Origin: Eledone cirrhosa
Lineage: Eukaryota
Direction of reading: 5' to 3'
DNA length: 64,000 nucleotides
Assembly (NCBI GenBank): GCA_964016885.1
Contig: OZ024755.1
Span: forward strand, 20,956,001-21,020,000
A program made the translations under genes and the position numbers. Positions 1 to 13,178 of this stretch are shown here, piece after piece (the first letter of the stretch is position 1; the number at the start of each line of letters is the position of its first letter). The notes under the pieces are model-generated. The model was not told the DNA's origin, ran no database searches, and saw only the letters and a list, made by a program, of their open reading frames with translations.

Positions 1-119
1 GACAAAAATTAAAAATAGACCCAAACCAAAGGCGAAATATTGACCCCGAAACTGGTCTTAAGTTCAAGCCAGATGTAAAATCTCTACAGTCTAAAATCCG
101 TCTCGAGCCAGGAGGCTCA

Positions 120-522
120 TGAGGCCGGTGTTGATCCTGGTTTCCATGGCATGAAGCACTGGCAGTACAGGACTTGCCCCTGGACAGGATGTCAGTCCAT
201 TGCAGGGTTAAACTACCAGCTGTTGTTGTTACTCATTTTCAACTGAATATACTGGAGCAATGTCCATTTTGAGAAAAATCTTTGCCTGCTTTGGGCCCCA
301 AAGAGGTCTTGTACTGCTTTGCAAAATTTCTCTTGGACACTTGTCGATTGCAGGGTTAAACTCACCAGCTATTGCTAGTACCCATTTTCAACTGAGTATA
401 CTGGAGCAACATGAAATGAAGTGTTTTGCTCAAGAACACAAAAGACAACCCAGTCCAAGAATCAAACCCACAGCATTATGATTGTAAGCCCAACACCCTT
501 ACCACTAGGCCACACACCTCTA
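120..522 (-). mobile_element. tRNA-derived SINE (CORE-like family), with partial internal duplication
   Basis: Reverse complement of the head/core seen at 33656 (ctcagctgagtatactggagcaacatgaaatgaagtgttttgctcaagaacac ... accactaggccacacacctc); similar copies at 5510-5670 (-), 15880-16070 (+), 49780-50026 (-). Confidence 0.65.
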
Positions 523-724
523 CATAAGATGTAAAATATAGTCTCCCAAAACAACCAGGTCCTGTAAAACTGGTTATAGACCCAGACCAGAGGTGAATAT
601 TCTTTAGTAACAGGTCCCTGCATAAATTATTGTTAATAATATTAATAAAAAAGTGGTTTATTTATTATTACTAATAAAAAGTGTTTTTTAAAATTACCTA
701 CAGTAGACATATTTTGTAAGATTA

Positions 725-830
725 TGTATAGCATGGTCTCATAACTCCTGATGGAGCCATAGGGATGCTATAGTGACATATGGCATTTCTTGGGCATTTT
801 AACCCTAGCAGAGCCCAGCCTTCTCCACGC
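725..830 (-). mobile_element. 3' tail fragment of the (CCATA)n-tailed retroposon
   Basis: Reverse complement matches 2575-2670 and 41907-42008 (aaaatgcccaagaaa...ctccatcaggagttatgagaccat). Confidence 0.6.
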
Positions 831-1161
831 ATGGTTATATATATATATTTGAGTTCACCCCAAAAAACGCATCAGATTAGTGATTCTAGATATGCTCACC
901 TCCATATCGATGAAACACATGTCAGTTACGTAATAAATGTTAATCCTTCAATTGCAAAATTGGTGTATTCATGTAATTTATTATATTCTATAATAATACT
1001 CCAGGAATTACTTTCATTGTACCTACGGTTGAACACCATGGAAACACTATGATAAGAGATTCATTTGTTTAGTCAAACACGACTGCATGACGACACAGTC
1101 TTTGGTTTCAACTAACGAAAACTGACTACTATTATAAACTGTGTGTGTGTGTATACATATA

Positions 1162-2040
1162 CAGGGTGCGGACGACATTTGTTCGCAAGATTACTGTCTA
1201 GGAAAAAATAACAGTAGTTTTATTTTTTAAGATTTATTTATCAAACTTGGGTCAGTTTGTCTTCATGACTTGTTCTTTCGATCTCACTTGAGAAACCTGC
1301 CATTGGCTTTTATGACGGCCTCGGAACCGGCTACAGGCCTTCATCACTGTCCCCTGACTTAGGCCCCTAAAGGCATTTGTGATCCGGGCCTTCAGATCGT
1401 CTTTCGTATTGCAGCTAGATCTGTTGGCATCTCGTTCCACTGTGCCCCACACAAAGAAGTTGAAGGGGTTGCAGTCAGGCGAGCTGGGAGGCCAGATGTC
1501 AGGTGAAGTGTGGTCGACAAAGTTCTGTGACAGCCAGGCTTGGGTCTTTCAGCTGGTATGGCAGGGCGGTGAGTCTTGCTGACACACGTACGGCCTACCT
1601 GCAGCTACCTGGTTGATCCAGAGCTTTACTACCTCGCTCAGAACGCGGATGTAGCCATCGGTGTTCAGCTTGAGGCCCTCAGGGAAGAAGTGAGGTGGCA
1701 TGACGTCACCTTGACTGCTGACGACACCTAAGACCAATGTTGTCGCTGGAAACTTTGTCTGCATGACTTTGGGCACGTCTTTGGATGAGACAGTGAACCA
1801 CCTGTTGTTCTGGGAGTTGATCTTCTGGTCTTATTTGTCCTCACGCCGCGGATTCCAAGAAGAACTCTGTGTCTCTTCCACAAATTTGGAGGTTCAAAAT
1901 TATTCATAATCAATTATTCTGAAAATAAATAATGGAAATATAGTCACTGTTTTTATAAAGACAAGAGTGACAACGGAAGTAAAAAAAAATTTGCATAAAA
2001 TTAGCAGTTGAAAATTGCGAACAAATATCTTCTGCACCCC
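1162..2040 (-). mobile_element. Tc1/mariner DD37D (maT) transposon remnant, internally deleted
   Basis: TIRs gggtgcggacgacatttgttcgcaa (1164-1188) and ttgcgaacaaatatcttctgcaccc (2015-2039), 22/25 match, TA on the left. Minus-strand translation QQDSPPCHTS*KTQAWLSQNFVDHTSPDIWPPSSPDCNPFNFFVWG has 37 residues between the second D and the third catalytic position (D>N). Confidence 0.85.
1252..1776 (-). pseudogene. Transposase catalytic-domain pseudogene (DD37D)
   Basis: ORFs 1549-1776 and 1252-1452 are one frame broken by TGA; motifs VLGVVSSQG, QQDSPPCH, WPPSSPDCNP, VWG. Confidence 0.85.
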
Positions 2041-2409
2041 CCCACACACGCACTGATATACACTTCATTTTTTTTTTATTTGTTTTGCAAGATTTCTTAT
2101 CTGAAAATGTCTGTAGAAACAGATATTATACTTTGGGAGGTCATGCTGCCAATAAAAAAAAAACACATGCACCTATTGGGTTTCACTTCAATTTATTACA
2201 AATTTCCAGTTGGTTGGTTTAATAACAAGCGTTCCACCTCACAGGGGACTCCTTCTTCACGGGAGTCACTCTCTGACCACTTTTGCCTGTGGTTTTGAAA
2301 TCAAGTAATTGTTAGTCTAACTATTTTTGATGAGGTGATGAATAAGCAGAGACATTAGAAAGTCAAATAGAATACTTTGTGGTATTTATTCTGACTCTCT
2401 GCTCTCTGC

Positions 2410-2670
2410 ATTCAAAACCTACCGAGGTGAACTTTGCCTTTCCTCCTTTCAAGGTCGATAAAAAGAAAAAGTACCAGTCTAGTACTAGGGTCGATTCTTC
2501 TTCTTTATCTCTTTTTCACTTTCACTCTTTGTTTCTCTATCCTTCTCTGGAAGAAATCTGCTGTACTCAGGCTTGGAGAGGAGATGGACTCTGCCAGGTT
2601 TAAAATGCCCAAGAAACACCATATGCCAATACAGTGCCCCTATGACTCCCTCAGGAGTTACTGAACCATA
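2410..2670 (+). mobile_element. Composite SINE: gccttt(c)atcc/gtcgataaa core plus long 3' tail ending in (CCATA)n
   Basis: Same core-plus-tail order at 17121-17420 (+) and 17465-17686 (-). Confidence 0.6.
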
Positions 2671-3672
2671 CCATACAATGCCATACCATACCATACAATG
2701 CCATACCATACAATGCCATACCATACCATACAATGCCATACCATACAATGCCATACCATACCATACAATGCCATACCATACAATACCATACCATACCATA
2801 CAATGCCATACCATACAATGCCATACCATACAATGCCATACCATACTATACCATACAATGCCATACCATACCATACAATGTCATACCATACCATACAATG
2901 CCATACCATACAATGCCATACCATACCATACAATGCCATACCATACAATGCCATACCATACTATACCATACAATGCCATACCATACCATACAATGTCATA
3001 CCATACCATACCATACCATACCATACCATGCAATGCCATACCATACCATACAATGCCATACCATACCATACAATGCCATACCATACCATACAATGCCATA
3101 CCATACAATGCCATACCATACCATACAATGCCATACCATACAATGTCATACCATACCATACAATGCCATACCATACCATACAATGCCATACCATACAATG
3201 CCATACCATACTATACCATACAATGCCATACCATACAATGCCATACCATACCATACAATGCCATACCATACCATACAATGCCATACCATACCATACCATA
3301 CAATGCCATACCATACAATGCCATACCATACAATGCCATACCATACTATACCATACAATGCCATACCATACCATACAATGTCATACCATACCATACCATA
3401 CCATGCAATGCCATACCATACCATACCATACAATGCCATACCATACCATACAATGTCATACCATACCATACCATACAATGCCATACAATGCCATACCATA
3501 CCATACCATACAATGCCATACCATACCATACCATACAATGCCATACCATACCATACCATACAATGCCATACCATACCATGCCATACCATACCATACCATA
3601 CCATACCATACCATACCATACCATACAATGCCATACCATACCATACAATGCCATACCATACCATACCATACC
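2666..3672 (+). repeat. Compound pentanucleotide satellite (CCATA)n/(CAATG), ~1 kb
   Basis: Directly visible; explains the YHTIP/MVWYG ORFs. Confidence 0.97.
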
Positions 3673-3871
3673 AACTATTTTTGACAAATGATCTATAAGC
3701 ACACCAAAGAAAACTACTCATCTATTAATTATCTATCATCTCCCAGAGAAGATTCTTAGTTTTTCAATTTATTAATATTTTATCTTTTTATACTTTGTAT
3801 GTTTAAAATATTGTATATTATAATTTCTGAAATTCCATACGTCAACATAATAGCAATTAAAATTGCAGACA

Positions 3872-4263
3872 GATGTTGTTGTTGTTGCTATTGCTGCTGC
3901 TGTTGTTGTTGTTGTTATTTCTGTGGTTCTTGTTATTTATATTGTTCTTGTTTTTTCTGTTGTTATAGCTGTAGTTGTTGTTGTTGTTCTTGTAGCTGTT
4001 GTTAATGTTGTTGTTGTTCTTGTAGCTGTTGTTAATGTTGTAGGTGTTGTTGATATTGTTCTTGTTGTTGACATTGATGTTGTTGTCCTTGTTGTTTCAG
4101 TTGTTATTGTTTATATTGTTGTTGTTATTCTTGTTGATGTTGTTCATGTTGTTGTTGTTGTTGTTGCTCTTGTTATTTTTGTTGCTAATATTACTGTTGA
4201 TTATGTTGTTGCTGTTGTTGCTGTTGTTGCTGTTACTGTTATTGTTGCTGTTGTTGTTGTTAA
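3872..4263 (+). repeat. Degenerate (GTT)n trinucleotide repeat
   Basis: Directly visible. Confidence 0.95.
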
Positions 4264-4383
4264 TATGAGAACTATCATCGCTTAAGATTTAAGCCAACAG
4301 AAATGTCTGTTTACCCTATAAATTAACCTGGTAAAAAAAATCCACTGTAGCTTTCACCAGTTGAAATGTCAGTCACATGTATC

Positions 4384-4885
4384 AGTAGTGGTAGTGGTGG
4401 TGTTAGTAGTAGTAGTGGTGGTGTTAGTAGTAGTGGAGGTGGTGGTAGTAGTAGTGGCGGTGGTGGTAGTAGTAGTGGAGGTGGTAGTAGTAGTAACAGT
4501 AGTAGTGGTGGTGGTGGTGGTAGTAACAGTAGTGGTGGTGGTGGTGCTGATAGTAACAGTAGTAGTAGTGGTGGTGGTGGTGGTAGTAGAGGTGGTGGTG
4601 GTAGTAGTAACAGTAGTAGTGGAGGTGGTGGTAGTAGTAACAGTAGTAGTGGTGGTGTTAGTAGTAGTAGTGGTGGTGGTGGTAGTAGTAACAGTAGTAG
4701 TGGTGGTGTTAGTAGTAGTAGTGGTGGTGGTGGTAGTAGTAACAACAGTAGTAGTGGAGGTGGTGGTAGTAGTAACAGTAGTAGTGGAGGTGGTGATAGT
4801 AGTAACAGTAGTAGTGGTGGTGGTGGTAGTAACAACAGTAGTAGTAGTAGCAACAGTAATAGTAGTAGTAGTAGTAGTAGTAGTA
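4384..4885 (+). repeat. (AGT)n/(GGT)n compound trinucleotide repeat
   Basis: Directly visible. Confidence 0.95.
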
Positions 4886-5939
4886 GGCTAACTGAATAGC
4901 TGAGATATAATTAAGTCAGAAGGAATCTTATTTTATGCTTGTCTCTTCAATCTGTTCCATTATGACTTAATTAATAATGAAGAACTGTAATAAAATAGTA
5001 AGAATACCATCTAAAGCAGCAGATATGGACTTGAAATGGTTAAAACTATCTTGGAATGCTCTGATTATTCAGTTATATAGGCCATCCTCATCATCATCAC
5101 TGTTTTATGTCCATTTTCCATGCTAGCATGGGTTAGTTGAGTTGTCTTGTGGTCAATGCTATGTCAGGTATCGATGTCTTGCTCATACAGAACTGATTTT
5201 GGTTTGGTTTCTACAGCTGGATGCCCTTCCTAACACTAACCTAATGCCAATTACTTGAAAATTTAGCTTTTGATGCTTTACCCTCCTCCCCATACATACA
5301 CCTTTGCTTTATGGTATGCATCATCATCATCGTTTAATATCCATTTTCCCTACTAGCAATATCTTGACTGGTTATCGACAAAGTCAGTACCCAATTGCAG
5401 CCATTGACCTCCAAGATGGGCTGGAGGGTGGAGGAATGGCGCATCTTGTTTACGTGTGTTTCCATATTTAACAGTGTGTACTGGTTGTGTTTTATTATGG
5501 TACTGCAACTCGACCCTTTCTTTCCTGGACAGGATGCTGGTCTATCACAGAATTAACTCCCCAGCTACAACTGGTACTCACTCTCAAATGAGTGTACTGG
5601 AGAACATGAAATAAAGCGTGTTGCTCAAGAATACAACACAGCAGCCTGTCCAGGAATCGAACCAACAACATTTGGTGTTGATAACATAAAGTAGCTGGGC
5701 AGTGGATTAGCTGAATTGTTAGAGTTCTGGATGAGATGCTTTGCTGTATGGTATTTCATCTGGTTCTTTGTGATCCAAATTCAATTCCTGTTGTGGTCTA
5801 CTTTTTTATCCTTTTGATATCAAACTACCAGTTATAGCCGGTTTGAACAGAAAGAGTTGAGAGAATTCTGGCCAGATTTGGCCAGTTTAAATGCTAAAGG
5901 GTTAAGGTTCAGTAATGCACCTTTGGGGTCTGCACCCTT

Positions 5940-6340
5940 GATGGTTGCCTAGTTAACCCTTTTGATATGAGACCATCCAAGGTCTGGATCCTAGATGGTT
6001 GCCTAGTTAACTCTTTAGTTGTCAAACCATCTGAGGTCTGTCCTCTAGTTCTAAAATGTGTATAAGCCTGTGATCCTTTAAGGCTTTATACACAGGCTAA
6101 GACCTCAGAGGTCTACATCCTAGTTAATCCTTTTGATATCAAACCATCAAAGGTCTGGGCCCTAGATGGTTGCCTAGTTAACTCTTTAGTTGTTAAACCA
6201 TCTGAGGTCTGTCCTCTAGTTCTAAAATGTGTATAAGCCTGTGATCCTTTAAGGCTTTATACACAGGTTAAGACCTCAGAGGTCTACATCCTAGTTAATC
6301 CTTTTGATGTCAAACCATCAAAGGTCTGGGCCCTAGTTGT
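5940..6340 (+). repeat. 171-bp tandem duplication built from TTAA-CCCTTTTGATAT MITE-end-like subunits
   Basis: ctag anchor at 5991, 6162 and 6333; subunits start ttaacccttttgatat / ttaactctttagttgtc. Confidence 0.8.
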
Positions 6341-7338
6341 CCTTAATGGTAGCAGTGGCCCTGCATATAATGGACGTCTCTCCATCAGACATCAGCATTT
6401 TTGGCAACAACTTTCCTGATGTGTGGAGTAATGCCAGCCAATAAAATAGTGTTTTGTCCAGATATCTTATAAAGATCAAACCTACAATGGACACTAAATC
6501 AATATAAAAGGTTGTTAGGATTATCAATCATGTAATATTGTTTATGTCATAACATTAAAATTTAAAAAGAAATTATTATGATACAGTTTTAATACACTGA
6601 ACCAATTTATCTTCAATTATTGCACAGTATAAACAAAATAATTTATGAAAAGAAAATATTTCAAGTGTTTTTTAAAATGGGTAGTTGTTAATATCATGTG
6701 ACAGTCGTTATACAATGTAATTAATCTAGGGAATGAAGGGGACAAAAATGGAAAAAGAATGTTGACATTTGATCAGAAAGCTAGCTTCTAAGAAGACATG
6801 CTTGTCACAGGTGCTTTTTACAAGAGACATTTTAACTGAAAGAAAATTGGTTGAAGTAAAAAATAAATTTAAAAAAAAATTCAAAATATGAAATAATACA
6901 ACTAAAAGTCCAATTATTATATATTTTTTTAAAAGTAAGATAATTTATGTCAATATTTACAAACTAGTTTTCTGTTAAAGCCTTACACACACACATTTAC
7001 ACACGTGCACACATACATACATTTACACTCATACATATACAATATTATCTGAAAGATAGGAAAGTGAAAGGAGTTTTTAAAAAAAATGGCTTTCAGTCTT
7101 AACTACATTGTACATATATAATTAACTAAATAACCCAGACACGTTGTCTGCATGAAAAAACAATAGTTAAGTAAGTATACACATATTTATTGAAGGGAAC
7201 ATTAAAAATTAACTAGAATTGAATAATTAAATAACTAAAATAATATTAGTCATTAACTAATAATATTTTTTTTCCTGTCATCTCATCATATAATTATTTC
7301 TGGTTAGCTTTTTGATGGTCACTACATTAATTAGTCAA

Positions 7339-7377
<39 letters not shown>

Positions 7378-8421
7378 CATCATCATCATTAATATTACAT
7401 TCAATGTTAACACTTACTTAGTCATTGTGTGCATATATATATATATATATATACTTTTGGTACAAGACCAACAATTTCCCCAGTGAATTACTGGTGCTTT
7501 ATTTTATCAACCCCGTCAGGATGAAAGGCAAAGTTGACCTCGGCGGGATTTGAACTCAGACTGCAATGAGCCGTAACTCTATACTGCAAAGCAAGAGCAG
7601 AACCTAGTCACCTGACCAGTCTGACCTCATCATGCAGCAGTTGTCTAACCCATGCACGCATAGAAAATAGACATTAAATGGTGATGTTGATGATGATGAT
7701 GATGATGATGATATTGATGATGATGATGATGGTGATGATTTCTTACACTGACTAAAAGTTCACATGTAGAAAGGAGAGAATGGGGAATAGAAATGAATGT
7801 AATTATGATGATGATGATGTCTTTTCGTAGGAACATAAACACCATATAATTTCAATATTTTTAGAAGCATTAGTGAAATGTAGTTTAACTTTAAAGTAAT
7901 GTCAGAATTGAGACATAGACTTGGCTTGCCAGGAACTTAACCCATTGTCTCTATAATATTAGTATTAGCCAAGTTTTAACTGATGATTAAACCAGTTTCT
8001 TGTATATATATCCTGTTGCAGTTAAAGTCTGTCAGGAAGTAATTACCCTGTAATCTTCACTTAAATCACTAGAGTTTTGTCAATGCTGAAAAGATAAGTG
8101 CAATAAAGGAATTCTTCAAATTAATTCCATGATGTATACGTGATTTAACTAGAAATCATTATGTCTTTGGGCTGTGAGCAATAACCGTTTCTGATTTAGG
8201 CACAAGGCCAGCAATTTGAAGGGAAGGGAAAAGTTGTTTAACTCGAACCCAGTGCGTTACTGATATTATATTTTATCGACCCCTGTAAAGAGAAAAGGTG
8301 AAGTTAACCTTGGTGCGATTTGAACTCTGAACGTGAAAGGGATGTAACCCTATATTGCAAAGCTTGTTGTCCGATGTTCTACCGATTACTTTTGGGATAT
8401 CAATATATGAAATGTTAAATT

Positions 8422-8650
8422 CAGTTATTAGCTGTCGAGACACTGCATCCTTTAAAACCTCCATGCTTCCTGAGATTCGCCAACACTATACCTGATATCC
8501 CCCTCCATACACACGCACACATGTATATCATGACTCGTACACTGTTCATTTTCCTGATATTTGTACATTATTCTATGTACATGCACCTTTGATGAGTTGT
8601 AGTGCACCTGAGCACTGTACACAATAATTTCATTATTATTATTATTATAT
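8422..8650 (+). mobile_element. CR1-clade LINE 3' end with (ATT)n tail
   Basis: Matches 59990-60211 (gagacactgcatcctttaaa...gagttgtagtgcacctgagcactgtacacaa...attattatt). Confidence 0.8.
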
Positions 8651-9646
8651 TATATGAAGTGTTAGAACTTAGCTCACATATCCCCCCCCCCCTCCCCTCC
8701 CCCACTACATCCTTTTCAAAACCCCTAGGAGTCTATGGACCCAATTTGCTGGCTCATTTATCACGGGTAAGATAGTTCTGCAGTTTTTTTTTATATTTAC
8801 ATATGAAATGTTAGACATGTCTCTATAACTGGACACACTGGTTGCTTTACTCTCAGCAACATTATTTACTGACAAAAATGCTTTGCAAAATTTATTTATT
8901 TATTTCTCTTTATATTCTGAGTTCAAATCCAGCTGAGGTCAACTTTACCTTTCATCCTTCTGGGATGGATAAAATAAAGTACCAGTAATGCATTGGTGTC
9001 GATATATAATTGAGCCCCACCCCTGAACATTTGCTGGCCTTGTGCCTAAATTAGAAATTATTATTACTAACAATTGGTTAATGTTAGCTGTTGCTCTATT
9101 TCCCACCAAAACTAATTTATATTTTAAACTATTTGCATAGTAATTTATTATTTCATGTTCTAAATATTTTTATTTTATAGCAGGTATTTATATTTTTTTA
9201 ATTGAAATTTTTCGTGATATATTTCTGTCATTTGTACAATCTGATGATGCCCTGCTGTTTCCAAGTTATATACCTGTCCAAAACAGCTTGACTTAAATTG
9301 ACCTCTGTGTCATTAATCACTTTACTGCTTCCTCAAATATCAAGTTATTGGAGTTTCTCACTACTAATTAAATATTAATTAACATCAGCACTAATTAAAC
9401 TAGTGTTCCTTAACCTTTTTTGTAATATGTCACATTATGACAACCGCCACCCACAACATTTGATGCCTTAAATCTGTCACCTTTATTCTATCGACCACGT
9501 AAGGAGGAACTTGGCAGGATTTGAGCTCAAAACAGAAAGGGGGATAACTCTAAACACCAAAGTATGTTGTCTGATGCTTTACCGATACTGTCAATCCATT
9601 GTCTTCATTGATATTAAATAATAGTATTCTAGGAATCTATTTTGAA

Positions 9647-9993
9647 CCTTTTAGCATTTAAACCCTCATGCTTCCCGAAATTCGCCAAAACTACACCTGA
9701 TGTACCCCTTCCAGACACATACACACGTGTATATCATGACTCATTCACTGTTCATTTTCCTGACGTTTGTACATTACCCTATGTACTATACATACACTTT
9801 TTGATGAGTTGTAGTGCACCTGAGCACTGTACACATTTTCATTATTATTATTATTAAACCAGCTGCTCATACTTATGTTAAGGTCTTGTTCTCAAAATAA
9901 ATATCAAAATCTCGTAGATTTGATATTATGTGAGATGAAGTCTTTACCATGAAAATGCAATACTACATAGAGAGTAATGTAAATGCTAAAGGG
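9647..9993 (+). mobile_element. TTAA MITE interrupted by a CR1 3' end (about 9660-9855)
   Basis: Ends ccttttagcattta and taaatgctaaaggg-ttaa; the internal segment matches the CR1 tail at 60020-60210. Confidence 0.75.
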
Positions 9994-10059
9994 TTAACAA
10001 GTAGAACAGTCTGCACATTATCTACTCAGTCTGAAATATTATAATGCCAAATGCTAAGG

Positions 10060-10620
10060 AAATGGATTGGCAACATCAGAGAGCGTCGGATAACATGCTT
10101 TGTGGTATTTAGTCACGACTTTCTACATTCTGAGTTCAAATCTTACTAAGGTTAACTTTATCTTTCATCCTTCTAAAGAGAATAAAATAAAGTACTAGTA
10201 ATGTGCTTGAATTAGAAACCACTATTATGTTAATACCTAGGGCAGTGGTTTGGCTGTATCAGTAGAGCGTCAGACAAAATGGTATGCAGCATAGAGTTAC
10301 GTCCATTTACGCTCTGAAATCCCGCTTTGCATTTCATCCTTACGAGGGTCAATAAAATAAAGTACCAGTAATGCACTGGGGTTAATTTAATTGACTTTCT
10401 CCCTCCTCCAAACTTGTTGGCCTTGTGCCTAAATCAGAAACCCAGTATTGGTAGAGGGTCGGACGCCATGCTTTGACGTATAGAGTTACGGCCCTTGCCA
10501 TTCCGAGTTCAAATCCTGCCAAGGTTAACTTTGCCTTTCATCCTTACGGGGTCGATAAAATAAAGTACCAGTAATGCACTGGGTAATTGCTGGCCTTGTG
10601 TCTAACGTAGAAACAATTAT
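10060..10620 (+). mobile_element. Cluster of three tRNA-derived SINEs (gcctttcatcc...gtcgataaaataaagtaccag family)
   Basis: A-box tggcag/tggctg...agtag, B-box gagttcaaatc, conserved core and tail ggccttgtgcc...agaaac. Confidence 0.8.
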
Positions 10621-11302
10621 TAAACCATCACAATGTATTTTCTTTCACCCCTCTTTTGCTCTGAAATGTAATTCCCATGAAAAAGACGGTGGTAAAAAAA
10701 TTAGGATGATGATAATGGCAATTATTATGCTAATGCCTTTTGCAAGTTTGTGTGTGATACTGTTGAAGTACAGGACCAACTCTATTTTCCACTGTCACCC
10801 TCTACTCTTTACATGTGAGAGGCTTCCTTATATAAATACACTTATTGGAAGACTCATCTATATAATTGGATTTCAGAATATTTCACTAACATATACCCCA
10901 AGAATAAACAAATAAAATAAATATGATAAATTAGAACAGTCGTGTATGCTGTCTCCTACTAAGAAATTGTTGTTATAAAATTTGGTTTTATTAGAAAATT
11001 TTTCATAATAATGATTGGCATGCTTAAAAATGGTTGTCTGAAAATTAGGTTTTGTTGGAAATTCTTCAATTTAAAAAAAATATTGTATACTTTCCTCGTT
11101 TATTTTAATTACACAAAACATAATAAAATATATTGGTTTTGTTGGAAAATTGTTAAATACAAAATTCACATACTTATATCTATACAGCTATGTCGGAGCA
11201 AAAACTTAAATTATTAAAATAATACTGTATACTTTCCTCGTTTATTTTAATTACACAAAACAATAAAATATGTACAATACAATAATGAATAACAATGTCA
11301 CA

Positions 11303-11630
11303 ATAATTGTTTCTACTTTTGGCACAAGGCCGGCAATCACCCCAGTGTATTACTGGTACTTTATTTCATCGACCCCCATAATAATTGTTTCTACTTTTGG
11401 CACAAGGCCGGCAATTACCTCAGTGTATTACTGGTACTTTATTTCATCGACCCCCATAATAATTGTTTCTACTTTTGGCACAAGGCCGGCAATTACTGGT
11501 GCTTTATTTTATCAACCCTGTAAGGATGAAAGGCAAAGTTAACTTCGGCGGGATGTGAACTCAGACTGTAAAGAGCCGTAACTTTATGCTGCTAAGCATG
11601 GCGTCCGACCCTCTACCGATACCGCCCTCT
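11303..11630 (-). mobile_element. SINE with its 3' 77 bp tandemly triplicated
   Basis: ataattgtttctacttttggcacaaggccggcaat repeated at about 11304, 11381 and 11459, followed by the SINE body and head. Confidence 0.8.
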
Positions 11631-12032
11631 ACTGCCATGGTCTGCATAAAACATTTTGTCGGATAATTAGTCATTTTTGTTGGAAAATTATGAACCTCCA
11701 AAAATGATAAGAGCAATATGTTTATGAAATAGACTAAAATACTACAGACTGAATTCTACCAATAAGTCAATAGCTACAGATGGGTGGAGTCTAATTCATT
11801 AGTTATCAAGTAGTTAATATAAAAACCTGATTAACTTACTTAACATTGAGTTCAATTTAACATATTTGAGATTCTGACCTTGAATAAGATAAAGACAAAT
11901 TAAAAAGATATATATATATATATTGGGATCATGTGTGTATGAGTAGTTCAGTAGTTCAGTTGTACGGACACGGTAAACAACAGAGGCCACGTGCTGTCCC
12001 GCTCTGACAAAAAGCTTTTTCCTCTCGGAAAA

Positions 12033-12069
12033 TCCCCAGTTGATGGATGCAAAATTCGAAATATAGGGA
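12033..12069 (+). ncRNA. Degenerate minimal hammerhead ribozyme motif
   Basis: UCCC-CAGUUGA-U-GGAU gcaaa AUUC-GAA-AUAU-A-GGGA: stems I and II and palindromic stem III are intact, two core mismatches vs CUGANGA; ATTAAA follows. Confidence 0.45.
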
Positions 12070-12440
12070 CAATTAAATCACTTCCAAAGTAACTCTATCT
12101 CGTGTTATTACTTTTACACTTTTCGGTGGATTGGCAGTATCGGTAGAAGGTTAACTTTGCCTTTCATCCTTACGGGATCGATAAAATAAAGTACCAGTAA
12201 TACACTGTGATAATTGCTGGTCTTGTGCTAAAAGTAGAAACAATTATTTTTACATTTTTCCTAAGGTCCTCTACGTCCTCTGTTTCATTCTAGATTTCCT
12301 CTTACATCTCTCTCTCTCTCTCTCTCATTACCACCTGATTCTGTTACCCGGAGATTTACCCATCTGCATTGTTGAGGCTTCCAAAACGACCAACTTTATT
12401 ATTCCACAATGCCTCAAGCAAACTTCAACACTCTCTTATA

Positions 12441-12514
<74 letters not shown>

Positions 12515-12541
12515 GTGTGTGTGTGTGTGTGCGCGCGCATG

Positions 12542-12601
12542 TGTATTGAGTACCTTACTGTGGCTACCCCTGAGTGTAGCCACAGTAAGGTACTCAATAC
12601 A
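12542..12601. repeat. Perfect 26-bp inverted repeat with 8-nt loop
   Basis: tgtattgagtaccttactgtggctac / gtagccacagtaaggtactcaataca. Confidence 0.95.
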
Positions 12602-12866
12602 TTAGTAGAGTGTATACAACACATTTAATATAGAAATGGCTTCTACAGGACTAGAACTGTTTTATTCGAAGTACAGAAGTAGATCTGTTTTCTCCGGAGT
12701 ACAATTATAATCATGAAGTACAAGTCACTTTGAAGTGAATTATAATCCGTTGACTTGTATTTCATGATTATATATATGTATATATATATATATCTGACAG
12801 GACCTGCTGGAGGGAGTGTTTGTTCAGGACTCTCTCAGGAATAGGTGGGCGAAGAAGAGGACGGAA

Positions 12867-12925
<59 letters not shown>

Positions 12926-12970
12926 GAAAGTAAAACAAAGAAGCCTTCAATACATCAAAAGTCTTTATTA

Positions 12971-13008
12971 GCCGACAATGTTTCGTCCTATTAAGGACTC
13001 ATCAGGGC
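12971..13008 (-). ncRNA. Minimal type I hammerhead ribozyme (mirror copy)
   Basis: Exact reverse complement of 13141-13178. Confidence 0.85.
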
Positions 13009-13140
13009 AATTAAAACAAGAAGAAGTATTATCGGCCAATACAAGCCGGAAACTCCGAAGAATATGGAGTGTACATACACTCCATATTCTTCGGAGTTTC
13101 CGGCTTGTATTGGCCGATAATACTTCTTGTTGTTTTAATT

Positions 13141-13178
13141 GCCCTGATGAGTCCTTAATAGGACGAAACATTGTCGGC
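13141..13178 (+). ncRNA. Minimal type I hammerhead ribozyme (intact core)
   Basis: GCC-CUGAUGA-GUCCU uaau AGGAC-GAA-ACAUUGU-C-GGC; GUC cleavage triplet; AATAAA immediately 3'. Confidence 0.85.

Noticed and set aside
2485-4899. Long ORFs up to 372 aa (YHTIP, poly-V/L, Gly-Ser)
   Set aside because: Open in many frames on both strands; translations of simple repeats
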